DNA of 64,000 bases from Gammaproteobacteria bacterium (GTDB lineage Bacteria > Pseudomonadota > Gammaproteobacteria > CAJXQU01), in NCBI GenBank assembly GCA_965238175.1, contig CBDEGZ010000003.1, positions 2,848,001 through 2,912,000 of the forward strand, read 5' to 3'. The notes beneath the pieces are model-generated. The model was not told the origin of the DNA. It did not search any database and saw only the letters and a program-made list of their open reading frames with translations. Made by a program: the position numbers and the translations under genes. Below are positions 42,861 through 54,200 of the stretch, in pieces (positions within the stretch are counted from its first letter, which is position 1; every line of letters begins with the position of its first letter).

Positions 42861-44086
42861 TGTAGAAATTCAGATTTGATCTGACAGTTACCCAATTATC
42901 AGTAACCGACTGTCAGGTTAAGTTTAATTCACAAACTTTTCCTTCCAGATAGCTTGTCCGTCGATGAGTGTTTCCATCGGCGTCCTCCCGCAGCACATTT
43001 TGCCTTGGTGAGTTCGTTGAGTATTGTATTTGAGCAACCATTCGTCAAGGTCGAGTTGCAGTTCATCAATCGATTGGTAAATTTTCTTACGCAAAGCGAC
43101 TTGATAAAACTCATTGAGGATCGTCTTATGGAATCGCTCACAAATACCATTCGTCTGAGGTGATTTGACCTTGGTTTTGGTGTGTTCGATATTGTTCAAC
43201 GCCATATAAAGCTGATAATCATGCTGGTCAGCTCGCCCACAATACTCCGTCCCTCTATCTGTCAAAATGCGCAACATAGGCAAACGTTGTTCTTCGTAGA
43301 ATGGGAGGACGCGGTCATTGAGCATGTCAGCTGCCGTAATCGGTGTTTTAGTCGGGTACAGTTTCGCGTGAGCGACCTTGCTGTAAGTATCAACAAACGT
43401 TTGTTGATAAACCCGACCAATGCCTTTGAAAGTACCGACATAGTAAGTATCTTGCGAGCCAAGATAACCAGGGTGTGCCGTCTCTATCTCGCCACAAGCC
43501 TCATCGTCGTCTTTTTTGCGTTCCATCGCCGCGACTTGAGACTCAGTGAGGATCAAGCCTTCACCAGCTACCTTATCAGACAATGCCTTCAGGCGATCTT
43601 TAAAGCAAGCAAGACCATGACGAAGCCAGATACAACGAACGCCACTGGGTGAGACAAATGTTCCCCGTTTGCGCAGCTCGTTACTGGTGCGCGTTTGACC
43701 ATGTGCGGGCTCTTCCAGTGCATACTCGAGCACAACGGTTTCAATAGCCGGGTCGATTCTGTTTTTAAGATTTGGGGTACGCCGATTACGATCAAACAAG
43801 GCTTCTACACCGCCTTCATCAGCCGCTTCTTTGTAGCGATAAAATGTATCTCTGGACAAACCCATCATCTTGCAGGCTTTTGAGACATTGCCGAGTTCTT
43901 CAGCGAGATTGAGTAGACCAACTTTATGTTTTATAACTTTGTCATTAGTATGAATCATGAGAGTTACCTCTTTGTGTTTTGATGTTTACGTTGCAGTTAC
44001 ATCAAAGCGGGTAACTCTCACTAAATCAAGCGTCGCTACGCTCCGCTTGATTTAGTGATGTGTCAGATTGGGTCTAAACTTCTACA
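42861..44086 (-). mobile_element. IS481-family element copy 5 (transposase 42924-43958)
   Basis: 7-bp TSD CTTAACC at 42854-42860 and 44087-44093. Confidence 0.96.
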
Positions 44087-44148
44087 CTTAACCTGACAGT
44101 TGGTTGCTGATAAACGAGCAACCGTCAGATCGAGTCTGAACTCCTAGA
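44087..44148 (+). mobile_element. Solo right end of an older, diverged IS481 relative
   Basis: CTTAACCTGACAGTTGGTT...CCGTCAGATCGAGTCTGAACTCCTAGA resembles the right end of the active copies. Confidence 0.7.
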
Positions 44149-44198
44149 CCTGATCTTAGCCAGTCTCTCGGCTTAGCGATCTCTTAACTCAACTATGA

Positions 44199-45134
44199 CT
44201 ATGGTTTGTCGATAGCGTCAGCCAATAACTTCCTTTCAGAGGTTTCCTCGTTATCTTCAGCAATAATGACTCGGTTGCGTCCTTGCTCCTTTGCTTGATA
44301 GACAGCAATATCTGCTCTTTTTAACAACTCTTCAAAAGTTTCCTTACCAGAACTATATTGTGCTAAACCTATGCTTACTGTCACCAAAATATTTTCTGGG
44401 GTTAACTCCTCAATTGCTCGGCGAATATTCTCTGCTTTTAATTTAGCGCCATCGGCTTCTGTATGATCAAGGACAACCACAAATTCTTCCCCACCAAAAC
44501 GAGCAACGATATCTTCAGTACGAGTTACCTCCATCAATAACTTTGCAACTGCTTTTAGAACCTCATCCCCGATTAGGTGCCCATGCTGATCATTAATCAA
44601 TTTAAAGTAATCAATGTCCATCATTAATAAACTAAGTTCATGCTTATGCCGCTTGGCAAAAGCAATTTTATGATGTGCCTCTTCAAGTAAGTAGAACCTG
44701 TTATATAGATCTGTCAGTTGATCGCGTAAAGCCATTGTCTTCAACTTATCACGCTGTTGCTTCAGAGTGACGTGTGTATCCACTCGAGCCAATACAATCG
44801 CTGGTCGAACAGGTTTAGTAATATAATCTACCGCCCCAAGTTGCAACCCTTTTTCTTCATCAGCATCCCCATCTTTTCCGGTGACGAATATTATTGGGGT
44901 CAACTCCGTTTTGCTATAACTCTTTAAACTTCGACAAACGGTGTAACCATCCATATTTGGCATTTCAATATCGAGCAAAATCAAATCAGGTATGAACTGG
45001 TTTTGGATCAAATCCAGGCATTGCTGCCCAGAAGTCGCAACTTTGATCACATACTTTTGTTTCAAACAAGCTGCGAGTAGTTGGATGTTTGTAGACTCAT
45101 CATCAACGATAAGTACTGTAGGCTTATCTGTCAC
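44199..45134 (-). CDS. Response regulator-diguanylate cyclase (REC-GGDEF)
   Basis: LIVDD, LLDIEMP, ARFGGEEF, RTED I-site. Confidence 0.93.
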   Translation of the reverse strand: MTDKPTVLIVDDESTNIQLLAACLKQKYVIKVATSGQQCLDLIQNQFIPDLILLDIEMPNMDGYTVCRSLKSYSKTELTPIIFVTGKDGDADEEKGLQLGAVDYITKPVRPAIVLARVDTHVTLKQQRDKLKTMALRDQLTDLYNRFYLLEEAHHKIAFAKRHKHELSLLMMDIDYFKLINDQHGHLIGDEVLKAVAKLLMEVTRTEDIVARFGGEEFVVVLDHTEADGAKLKAENIRRAIEELTPENILVTVSIGLAQYSSGKETFEELLKRADIAVYQAKEQGRNRVIIAEDNEETSERKLLADAIDKP

Positions 45135-45150
45135 TTGGATAGCTCCATAT

Positions 45151-48100
45151 TTAAGTTTGTTCGTTTGATGTATTTATACTGAGCTCGAAGTTTTCTAGCT
45201 CGGCAATTTCATTTAACGTATCTAATGCATCGCTGTTTTTAAATTGATTAATTTGATTTACTAACTGTTCTAATAGACTTCTTAAAATAGGGCTACCATT
45301 AACCTTTCCAAGTGATTCCAGCTCTTGTGGATCAATATAATCACTCGATTCCAATCGATTCCCTAACTGTTGGAGCAAAGGCACGCACTCACTAATACTG
45401 ATCGTTAATGCTTTCACTGATGTATTATCGGTGCGCTCCATTTTATAACGCATGAAATGACTCAAGAGTTGCTCGCACGCTTGATCCATTTCAGGAAGTA
45501 AACTTAATATCTGGGCTTTATCTTCCTTCTCTGCAGCAGACTCCATATTAGCCGCATGATATTGCAACGATACACCACCGACATTACCCGTCACACCCTT
45601 TATAGAATGTGCGAGGCGTCGTAGATGATCAAAATCATTATCATCTACTGCTTGTTTAATTTCCTCAAATTGTACTGGCAGATCATTTAGACAAGCATTT
45701 ACTACCCTATTTAAAAGTTCTTCATCTCCCAACAGACGTTTAAGTGCTGCATCACTATCCCATACAACAATAGTTTGATCAGACGTTTTTTGTTCCATAT
45801 TTGATGCTATTTTTTCAACCGTTTCTGACGATTTATTTACTAAGTAACTTTGAATTTTCGTTAGTAATTTCTCAGGTTCAATTGGCTTAGCCAAATAATC
45901 ATCCATACCTGCATTAATACATTTTTCACGAATACCTGTCATTACATTAGCAGTCATCGCAATGATTGGAATATTCTTATTGAATTCACCCGCATCACCA
46001 GAACGAATTATTCGAGTTGCTTCATAGCCATCCATTTCGGGCATTTCACAATCCATTAACACCAAGCTATAGGGCTGCTTTTTAGTTGTCTGATGTAGAC
46101 AATCAACTGCTTCCAGGCCATTAATAGCAATATCTGCATGCAAACCCATTTGCGTTAACAATCCTGTTGCAACCAATTGATTTATTTTATTATCTTCGAC
46201 CAATAACACCCTCGTGTTTAAAGGCCAGTTTACTTTTTCCTCACTTTTATCAGTTTCTTTACCGTGTGCTAAGGATTTAAGATAATGCCTGGTCACCAGT
46301 GGTTGAGCATTTTTTAGCGCATCCCCACCTTCAGCGACAACTGACAGTGCATCGAATAGATCGGCTGTTGTTGCAGGTTTAGGAAAATAAATGCTGAAAC
46401 CTATTTCTGCAAATTCACGTGCATCACCTTGACGTCCTATTGACGTCATAATCGCTAGCTTCATATCGTTGAACCGAGGATCAGCCCTAAGTTGTCTACC
46501 TAATTCATCGCCGTTCATATCAACCATATGCATATCTAAAAATGCAATGTCGAAAAACTTCATATCTGTCCGCCGAAATCGCTCATCGCAAATAACGAGT
46601 GCCTGTTTCGCACTATCGGCTTCTACAACATTGGCTCCCCAGTGTTCAAGTTGGTGCCGTAGTACATGTCGATTAGTCACATTATCATCAACCACTAACA
46701 AGGTTAAGGATTTCATATCTACTTGAGGGATTACTTGAACTGACTGGTCACTTTTTTCCAACACCACGTTAAATTCAAAGCAACTGCCTTTTCCAACTTC
46801 ACTACTTGCCTTGACATCCCCTCCCATTACACAACAAAGCTTTTTGACAATTGACAACCCTAACCCTGTACCACCAAACTTACGCGTTGTTGAAGCATCA
46901 ACCTGACTAAACGATTCAAATAAATATGGTATTTTATCTGCTGGGATGCCAATACCAGTATCTGAAACTTCACAATTTAGATTCCAAAATATCCCTTCAG
47001 AATCATCTAAAGTCTCTTTTAAAGATATCCGGATTAGTACTTCGCCGCCTTCTGCTGTGAACTTAATCGCATTGCTAACAAGGTTAGTTAATACTTGTCT
47101 TATACGACCGGGATCGCCCTTGACCATCATTTGATCAATGTCAGTCAAATCGAGTATCAATTCCAGGTCTTTGTTTTGCGCCTGAAACGCCATTGCTTCA
47201 GCAAAACTCCCAAGCATATCGGATAAGTTAAAATCGATCATCTCTAGATCTAACTTACCAGCTTCAACCTTGGAAAAATCAAGAATGTCGTTGATCAAAC
47301 CCAGTAAAGACTCAGCGCTCTTTTGAGCAATACTTGCCCGATAGTGTTGCTCATGATCTAATTCAGAACTTAGTAAAAGACCCAACATCCCCAACACACC
47401 ATTCATAGGGGTTCGAATTTCATGACTCATACTGGCCAAAAATTCGCTTTTTGCCTGTACTGCTTGCTCAGCCTCAACTTTAGCCTCAATCAACGCATCT
47501 TCATTCAATTTGCTTTGGGTAATATCAGTACGAATTGAAATATATCTTTCAGGTCCATCGTCTCCTATAAATGGAACAATGGTGGTGTCTACCCAATAAA
47601 TTTCCCCGGCCTTGTTATGGTTACAGATCTCACTGTGCCAGGTCTCACCGTTTGCTATCTTTTGGAACATATTCGAGAAAAAAGTTTTATCATGGTAGCC
47701 AGAATTAAGTATGCGATGATTTTGACCTAGTAACTCTTCTCGACTATAACCACTGATATCACAGAATTTGTCATTCACAAAAGTGATCGCACCCTTACCA
47801 TCCGTCACTGCAACGATTGCATGCTGGTCGATGGCAAATTTTTGATCTGCTAGCTCCATTAATGCCTGACGTGATTCTAGCTCACTATTTTTCAGCGATT
47901 TTTCATAAATCTGACGAGTTTCTAGCATGCGATTGAATGACAATGCTAACTGCCCGATTTCATCATTTGTTCTTACTTTTAGAATCGGCCAACTATCACC
48001 CGACGCCGCCTTATCACTAGCACTGGCTAATTCTATAATTGGTAGCGTAATTCGACGAGATAGATAAATGGCCAAACAGATTAGAGCACAGGTTAATAAA

Positions 48101-49131
48101 ACCACAGAAAAGAAAATATCTCTCTGCAGCAAACGAATAAGTGCTAATGCCTCACTCTTATTTACTTCGGTAACTAGTAACCATTTAGTATCAAGAAAGT
48201 TCAATCTTTCCTGCATACCCAGTACTAAGTCACCTCTTGGGCCGATATACTCATAGATATTGGACTTAGCTTCAGACCTGTTTGTTTGTTCTACCTGTTG
48301 AAAATAATCTAATTTGATAGTTTTCTTCAACACTTCATTCCTAAATTGATTACCAATAGGTGAGAGTAGAAGACCATTTTCATCGACTAAATAATGAGCG
48401 AGAGACGTCGTCTCTGTGGTTTGGGTCTCTAATAACTCATTTATTCGATCTATTCGTAACTGGATTGCGTAAACCCCGATCTTTTCTCCTGCCGCACTTC
48501 GAAGTAAGCCCGTGATGAACCCAGCGATGATGTTGTCAGAAGGTGCATAACGCTCCAGGCCAGAAAATTGCGTCTTCCCCGTTTCTTGTGTCAAACGAAC
48601 AGCTGAGGCAAAAGCCGTTTGTGAGTATGGACCATTCTGAAGATTCGTGCCCAAATCATCTTCTTTAGCCTCGCTATATAGGATATTGCTCTCATTGTCG
48701 ATCAAAAACAGATCATAGATGTAGTCATAATCACGAATCAAATTAGCCAAATTATTTGCTGAACTCTCCATCCGTTTTGCCCAATCATAACTTTTCACAT
48801 ATTGCGAAATCGGTCGCTGGCTCTGCTTTAATCCTTCAGCAAGTTTCATTAATAGTGCTGCATTACTTTTTGATTCTACCTGAACTTGCATATCCATTAG
48901 ACGGTAATCGAACCAGCTTCTTATGAAATTAACACTTAATTTCGATGTATTATTCACTTCATCTTGAGCAATTTTGATCAGATTATCACGAGTCTGGTAA
49001 TAGCTACTAAATGACATCAAGCCAAGTGGCATTAATCCCATCATGAGAAACCACAAAATCAAACTTTTGCGTATTGAAGTTGGTTTTTTATTAAATCCAG
49101 CCTCTATATCGACGATGTCAATATTATTCAT
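45151..49131 (-). CDS. Hybrid sensor histidine kinase (periplasmic sensor, HAMP, PAS, HisKA, HATPase, 2 REC, Hpt)
   Basis: SHEIRTPMNG, NLVSNAIKFT, GGTGLGL, two receiver domains, AHSIKG. Confidence 0.93.
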   Translation of the reverse strand: MNNIDIVDIEAGFNKKPTSIRKSLILWFLMMGLMPLGLMSFSSYYQTRDNLIKIAQDEVNNTSKLSVNFIRSWFDYRLMDMQVQVESKSNAALLMKLAEGLKQSQRPISQYVKSYDWAKRMESSANNLANLIRDYDYIYDLFLIDNESNILYSEAKEDDLGTNLQNGPYSQTAFASAVRLTQETGKTQFSGLERYAPSDNIIAGFITGLLRSAAGEKIGVYAIQLRIDRINELLETQTTETTSLAHYLVDENGLLLSPIGNQFRNEVLKKTIKLDYFQQVEQTNRSEAKSNIYEYIGPRGDLVLGMQERLNFLDTKWLLVTEVNKSEALALIRLLQRDIFFSVVLLTCALICLAIYLSRRITLPIIELASASDKAASGDSWPILKVRTNDEIGQLALSFNRMLETRQIYEKSLKNSELESRQALMELADQKFAIDQHAIVAVTDGKGAITFVNDKFCDISGYSREELLGQNHRILNSGYHDKTFFSNMFQKIANGETWHSEICNHNKAGEIYWVDTTIVPFIGDDGPERYISIRTDITQSKLNEDALIEAKVEAEQAVQAKSEFLASMSHEIRTPMNGVLGMLGLLLSSELDHEQHYRASIAQKSAESLLGLINDILDFSKVEAGKLDLEMIDFNLSDMLGSFAEAMAFQAQNKDLELILDLTDIDQMMVKGDPGRIRQVLTNLVSNAIKFTAEGGEVLIRISLKETLDDSEGIFWNLNCEVSDTGIGIPADKIPYLFESFSQVDASTTRKFGGTGLGLSIVKKLCCVMGGDVKASSEVGKGSCFEFNVVLEKSDQSVQVIPQVDMKSLTLLVVDDNVTNRHVLRHQLEHWGANVVEADSAKQALVICDERFRRTDMKFFDIAFLDMHMVDMNGDELGRQLRADPRFNDMKLAIMTSIGRQGDAREFAEIGFSIYFPKPATTADLFDALSVVAEGGDALKNAQPLVTRHYLKSLAHGKETDKSEEKVNWPLNTRVLLVEDNKINQLVATGLLTQMGLHADIAINGLEAVDCLHQTTKKQPYSLVLMDCEMPEMDGYEATRIIRSGDAGEFNKNIPIIAMTANVMTGIREKCINAGMDDYLAKPIEPEKLLTKIQSYLVNKSSETVEKIASNMEQKTSDQTIVVWDSDAALKRLLGDEELLNRVVNACLNDLPVQFEEIKQAVDDNDFDHLRRLAHSIKGVTGNVGGVSLQYHAANMESAAEKEDKAQILSLLPEMDQACEQLLSHFMRYKMERTDNTSVKALTISISECVPLLQQLGNRLESSDYIDPQELESLGKVNGSPILRSLLEQLVNQINQFKNSDALDTLNEIAELENFELSINTSNEQT

Positions 49132-49430
49132 CGTGAAACAAACCGATTATGTTCAAAAGGCAGATATAAAGGATGACGTTTTTGATCAGATCTAGTTAAA
49201 TGCAAGCATCTTTTATAACAACTAGATAAGGTTGCATCATGGGAAAGAAGGCTTGGACAGTACGAAAGAACTAACAAGACTACACTTTGAAAGCGTCTAT
49301 AGATAACAAGCTGTATTAGAAGAACATTAGTGTCGTACATAATTCCCCACATGGTCGTTTGCTGTTTTCAAGTCTAAAATGAATTGAATAGCATAAAACA
49401 TGCCTAAGGGAGCAACAAAACTACTTAATC

Positions 49431-49510
49431 TGATGTGATGGTCTCCTCACTTACGACATCTTGGTGCCATAATTGAACTGCTATAAACACAATCACAATA
49501 GGATGTACAC
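49431..49510 (+). mobile_element. Left-end remnant of a relative of the 17990 IS1111 element
   Basis: TGATGTGATGGTCTCCTC...GGTGCCATAATTGAACTG, similar to 17990-18041. Confidence 0.8.
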
Positions 49511-50310
49511 AGACGCGTATCTGCCATTGTGGAAGCCTGAGCTATCGCCCAAGCGACAAAACAACCCCGCCGCACCAATTTCACCGACGCCTTCAAGTGC
49601 CATCAAACGGCGACAGGGATCAGAGTGGGTAGCTTGCTGGCGGAGTAATTTATCAACGGCATTAAGTTGTCTTTCTGTCCCCAACCATTGTGTCCCAAGC
49701 AGTTCAAACAGTGTTTTGTTCACCTTGGGTAAGGCTTCATTATCAGGTACTAACAAGAGGTCTATTCCCTAGCGTAAAGATTTCTTGCCCACCCCAAGTA
49801 CAAAACCATACTCATACAACAATGCATGAAGATGATTACTCATTTGGGTCAAGGATTTGTCCAGAAGGCGTCTTGATGTCTGTAATGCTTGTAGGTTTTG
49901 TTGCTCAACCGTCATTACCCGGCAGAAAGTCATGTTCGGTTGACGAACCGCCACGGCGATACCGATGGCGTCATTGGCATCCGTTTTTTGTTTACCGATA
50001 AAGGGTTTTACTTTCTTGGGTGGCATACCACGAACAATATGGCCGTGTTTTCGTGCAATGCGTCCCCAGTAATGAAAACTACCACAGTCTTCCATGGCCA
50101 CAATACAGGGGGAGAGTTGGCCAATATTTCTTTAGCCTTGGCAGGTAAGACTGGCTTGTTGAAAAATATTTCGCCGACAGGACTGACTTTACTGATTTGA
50201 ATAACACGTTTTGCAAGATCCAGTGAAATAACATTATGCTTGATCATGTATGGGCTCCTTTGGTTACTCCACGCTACTTCTTCGGTAGGGTGGTGGTGTC
50301 CATACATCGA
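49511..50310 (-). pseudogene. Degraded second IS110/IS1111-type element (ATG at 50247)
   Basis: ISLDLAK, MAMEDC, KTDANDA and EGVGEI in frameshifted pieces; sub-terminal IR-like ATGGACACC. Confidence 0.85.
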
Positions 50311-50440
50311 GTTCGGATTACTTAAGAATCGTATAAATATTCGATCCGAACCTTGAGATATCAAGATCCGGATCGATTGGATTTTTCTAGCATTTACGGT
50401 TTTTGATTAAAAGATCAAAAATAAAAACCTTTGGTGACTA

Positions 50441-50944
50441 TCAATCAGAATGATTTCCACAGCGCTTCATTAGTAAGTGATCAAGACTCAACTTACCACC
50501 GCCTCTAAATAATAGTGGTAAGAACATCACCAAGTATAATAAGGGAAGCTTATAATTTCCGAAACCCTTATTTGAGATTGAATAGCCTTGTAATAATTCA
50601 GAAAAAGTTGTCCATTGTTCTGGCCAATGAACACTGGCAATTGCAATAATCGTTACTACGATCAATGAAACACTCGCAAACCTTGTGAACAAACCAAATA
50701 ACAAAAGCACTGCACCAATTAGTTCGCCCCACATTGCTAGATTCCAGTTAACCTCTGCGGAAAGTATGCTAAAAGGAAATGGGAACATATCGGCAGAAAA
50801 CCAGTTCTCACCTTTATATTTCATCACCCCAGCTTCCCAAAACTCCCATGCCAGAATGATCCGTAAAGCCAGCTGTGGTAACCAATCCCCAAACCAGTTA
50901 AGTAGTCGTATAACGCTACACCCTATGGACATGATCGCTTTCAT
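50441..50944 (-). CDS. DoxX-family membrane protein (HvfX-like)
   Basis: LRIILAWEFWEAG, FPFPF, GLFTRF, VHWP, GNYKLPL, GKLSLD. Confidence 0.85.
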   Translation of the reverse strand: MKAIMSIGCSVIRLLNWFGDWLPQLALRIILAWEFWEAGVMKYKGENWFSADMFPFPFSILSAEVNWNLAMWGELIGAVLLLFGLFTRFASVSLIVVTIIAIASVHWPEQWTTFSELLQGYSISNKGFGNYKLPLLYLVMFLPLLFRGGGKLSLDHLLMKRCGNHSD

Positions 50945-51048
50945 TATTACCCTCCTATTATTCAGTTATTTTTTATTAGAGAACAAACCAATTTTCTTAA
51001 CACCCTAGTTCATTCAGCATCAGTAGACAACTGTCAGGAGGTTTGGTT

Positions 51049-52545
51049 TCAAATTGGTTTTTTTATTGGTACAACTTCAGGAAATAACTCATTCAATGGT
51101 TTCGAATATCCACTCGGCATAACGATCCGTGCATGGTGACGTTGGAACTGTCTTGGTGCTTTTACGCCACAAGCATGTGCGATCATTCCTACTTCGTGAA
51201 CCATATTACTCGCATAACTACAAACACGTTCAGCTTTATCCGACGGAACAAGTCCACGTTGTAATTTTTTATCATGCGTTGTGATACCTGTTGGGCATGT
51301 GTTCTTATTACATTGAAGTGCTTGAATACAACCGAGTGCAAACATAAACCCACGTGCTGAAGTAATAAAATCCGCACCTGCACAGAGCGCCCAGGCAACA
51401 TCTGCGGGAGTGATCAATTTACCAGAAGCAATAACTCTTATTCGTCCACGTAGACCATAAGTATTCAACTTATCGACGACTAATGGTAATGACTCTCGTA
51501 AAGGCATGCCCATATCATCGATAAGCGGTAACGGAGCGGCACCTGTACCGCCTTCAGCTCCATCAACAGTAATAAAATCTGGTGCAAATTCTACACCACG
51601 TTTTCTTATCTTGATAAATAATGAATCCAGCCAACCTGCCTCACCAATCACGGCTTTAAAACCGACAGGTTTACCCGTCACTTCTCGGATATGTTGAATA
51701 ACATCTAATAGCTCTTCATCATTTCGAATATCCTGATGACGATTAGGACTAATTGCATCTTTGCCTTTTTCTACACCTCGAACCGCGGCAATCTCAGCGG
51801 TGATCTTCGCACCGGGAACAATCCCACCTTTTCCTGGTTTCGCGCCCTGACTTAATTTGATCTCAAACATTCGTACTTGTTCATGAGCTGCTACTTCTCG
51901 CAACTTCTGATCAGACAAATTTCCTTGCGTATCACGAACACCATTTTTTGCCGTCCCTATCTGAAAAACCAGATCTGCATTTCCGGAAAGGTGATGTTCA
52001 AATAAACCACCCTCCCCTGTATTCATCCAGCATCCTGCCAGCGCAGCACCTTTTGAAAGCGCACGTACTGCAGGTTTTGATAATGCACCATAACTCATTC
52101 CCGAGATATTAAATAACGAGGCTGTTTTGTACGGTGTTCTGCAATCTTCCCCAATGACAACAACCTCTGGTTCAACCGCATCTTCTTTTAATGTTGGATA
52201 GGGACAGTTAGTAAAAAGTACCGTTCCTGGAATTTGTAGATCTCTTGATGAACCAAAAGCCACTGTTGTATCAACATTTTTAGCAGATCGATAACACCAG
52301 GAACGTTGTGTTCGATTGAAAGGCATTTCTTCGCGATCCATCGAGAAAAAATATTGTCGAAAGAATTCACCCATATGTTCGAAAAAATATCGGAAACGAC
52401 CAACAACGGGATAATTTCGACGAATTGCCTGTTTGGTTTGAGTTATGTCGGATATGTACATCACAACAACTGAAACGATTACAAATACGATCAAAAATAG
52501 AATCAAACCAACGGAAATTTGAAGGAAAGTGTTCATCAAGTCCAT
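51049..52545 (-). CDS. FMN-binding glutamate synthase-family protein
   Basis: SGMSYGALS, NTGEGG, EIKLSQGAKPGKGG, GCIQALQCNKNTCPTG. Confidence 0.9.
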   Translation of the reverse strand: MDLMNTFLQISVGLILFLIVFVIVSVVVMYISDITQTKQAIRRNYPVVGRFRYFFEHMGEFFRQYFFSMDREEMPFNRTQRSWCYRSAKNVDTTVAFGSSRDLQIPGTVLFTNCPYPTLKEDAVEPEVVVIGEDCRTPYKTASLFNISGMSYGALSKPAVRALSKGAALAGCWMNTGEGGLFEHHLSGNADLVFQIGTAKNGVRDTQGNLSDQKLREVAAHEQVRMFEIKLSQGAKPGKGGIVPGAKITAEIAAVRGVEKGKDAISPNRHQDIRNDEELLDVIQHIREVTGKPVGFKAVIGEAGWLDSLFIKIRKRGVEFAPDFITVDGAEGGTGAAPLPLIDDMGMPLRESLPLVVDKLNTYGLRGRIRVIASGKLITPADVAWALCAGADFITSARGFMFALGCIQALQCNKNTCPTGITTHDKKLQRGLVPSDKAERVCSYASNMVHEVGMIAHACGVKAPRQFQRHHARIVMPSGYSKPLNELFPEVVPIKKPI

Positions 52546-52592
52546 AATACTTTTCTCTGTAATTAAGTGCTATCTATAACTTCTAATTTTTT

Positions 52593-54032
52593 CTAAACTT
52601 CTGAGGATCGAACCACCATCATTTTTTTGATCTGCATATCGTGCATAGTGTGTGGAATTCCCCCGACACCAAGACCAGACTGTTTCAAACCTGCAAATGG
52701 CATCCAATCAACGCGAAAAGCCGTGTGATCATTAACCATCACTGCAGACGCATCCAAATTTGAATAGGCTCTTAAGGCAGTATCGATGTCCTTCGTGAAA
52801 ACAGATGCCTGGAAAGCAACTGGCAAAGAATTCGCGCGTTCAATTGCATTGTCCATATCTGAATAAGAATAAACACAAACGACAGGACCAAATATTTCAG
52901 CGTTGGAAACACGGACATTATCTGGTGGGTTAAGTAAAACTGTCGGCGCGTAACAAGTGTCAGATAACTTTTCACCACCACAAAGCAGCTCGGCTCCTGC
53001 ATCAACGGCCTCGGTCACCCACTCATGAACACGATCAACTTCATTTGGCCTAATAAGAGGTCCGATATCAGTCTCGACTAATACAGGATTGCCGACGTTC
53101 AAGTTTTTAGCCTCAACAACTAAACGATCAGCGACTTTTTTAGCAATAGTTTCATAAACAAATACACGTTGAACTGAGACGCAAACCTGGCCTGCGTGAT
53201 AGAAACCACCTTTGGCCATCACAGGAATACCGGCCTCCAAATCCGCATCTTCTGCAACAATTACCGGTGCTGCGCCACCGTGCTCTAGAGCACAACGTGT
53301 TCCAGGAGCCAATTGCGATCGCAACATCCAACCGACGCGCGCACTGCCGATAAAAGTAAAAAATCCTACACGTTCATCCGTTACCAGTTTCGTGGCCACA
53401 TCAAGATTATTAACAGTTAATGCCTGACACCACTCATCTGGCAATCCTGCTTCGCGTAAAATTTCGACAAATCGAAAACATGAAATAGGCGTATCTTCCG
53501 CCGGTTTGACGATCACCGGACAACCTGTCGCAATTGCTGGCGCAACCTGGTGAACAATTAAATTCAGAGGATGATTGAAGGCACTAACCGCGACAACAAC
53601 ACCAATGGGTTCAGATCGAGTAAAGGCCATGCGTCCGCTAGATGCGGCATTAAGGCCCATTGGGATTTCTTCCCCGGCTTCAGTTCTTAGTGTTTCAACA
53701 CACAGTTTCATCCCATCAATTGCACGTATAACTTCAACACGAGAATCATTAAGCGGTTTGCCACCTTCTCGGGCAGCTTCAACAACCAGATCATCAAAAC
53801 GATGCTGCATAATCTCTGCAGCTCGCTCTAGAATTTCAATCCGTTCAGGAGGAGATAACCAACGACTTCGGTCACGATATAAGGCATAAGCCGTAGACAA
53901 TGCGATCTCAACAGCCGCTGCATCAGCCGTATCAGTCGTTGCAATAAGACTACGATCAAAAGGTGCAAAAATTTCCAACAAGCCATCTGTTGTAGTGGCG
54001 CCTGGAATCATTAAAGAAAAGTGCAACGTCAT
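52593..54032 (-). CDS. Aldehyde dehydrogenase-family protein
   Basis: AFNHP, FIGS, LEHGG, AGQVCVS, EIFGPV. Confidence 0.92.
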   Translation of the reverse strand: MTLHFSLMIPGATTTDGLLEIFAPFDRSLIATTDTADAAAVEIALSTAYALYRDRSRWLSPPERIEILERAAEIMQHRFDDLVVEAAREGGKPLNDSRVEVIRAIDGMKLCVETLRTEAGEEIPMGLNAASSGRMAFTRSEPIGVVVAVSAFNHPLNLIVHQVAPAIATGCPVIVKPAEDTPISCFRFVEILREAGLPDEWCQALTVNNLDVATKLVTDERVGFFTFIGSARVGWMLRSQLAPGTRCALEHGGAAPVIVAEDADLEAGIPVMAKGGFYHAGQVCVSVQRVFVYETIAKKVADRLVVEAKNLNVGNPVLVETDIGPLIRPNEVDRVHEWVTEAVDAGAELLCGGEKLSDTCYAPTVLLNPPDNVRVSNAEIFGPVVCVYSYSDMDNAIERANSLPVAFQASVFTKDIDTALRAYSNLDASAVMVNDHTAFRVDWMPFAGLKQSGLGVGGIPHTMHDMQIKKMMVVRSSEV

Positions 54033-54200
54033 AAATACCCCTCAGTAGCTATTCTTGTTTGTTAAGCAATGAACGTGCCTTGTCTCAATAGAAAAAATAT
54101 TGAGGCAAATCATCATATTACATTTGAGTAGACTACGGCTAACCCGACAAGTTTAAAAATGCGAAATACTGCTTTTTATCATCCGGTTAAACCGGTTGCT

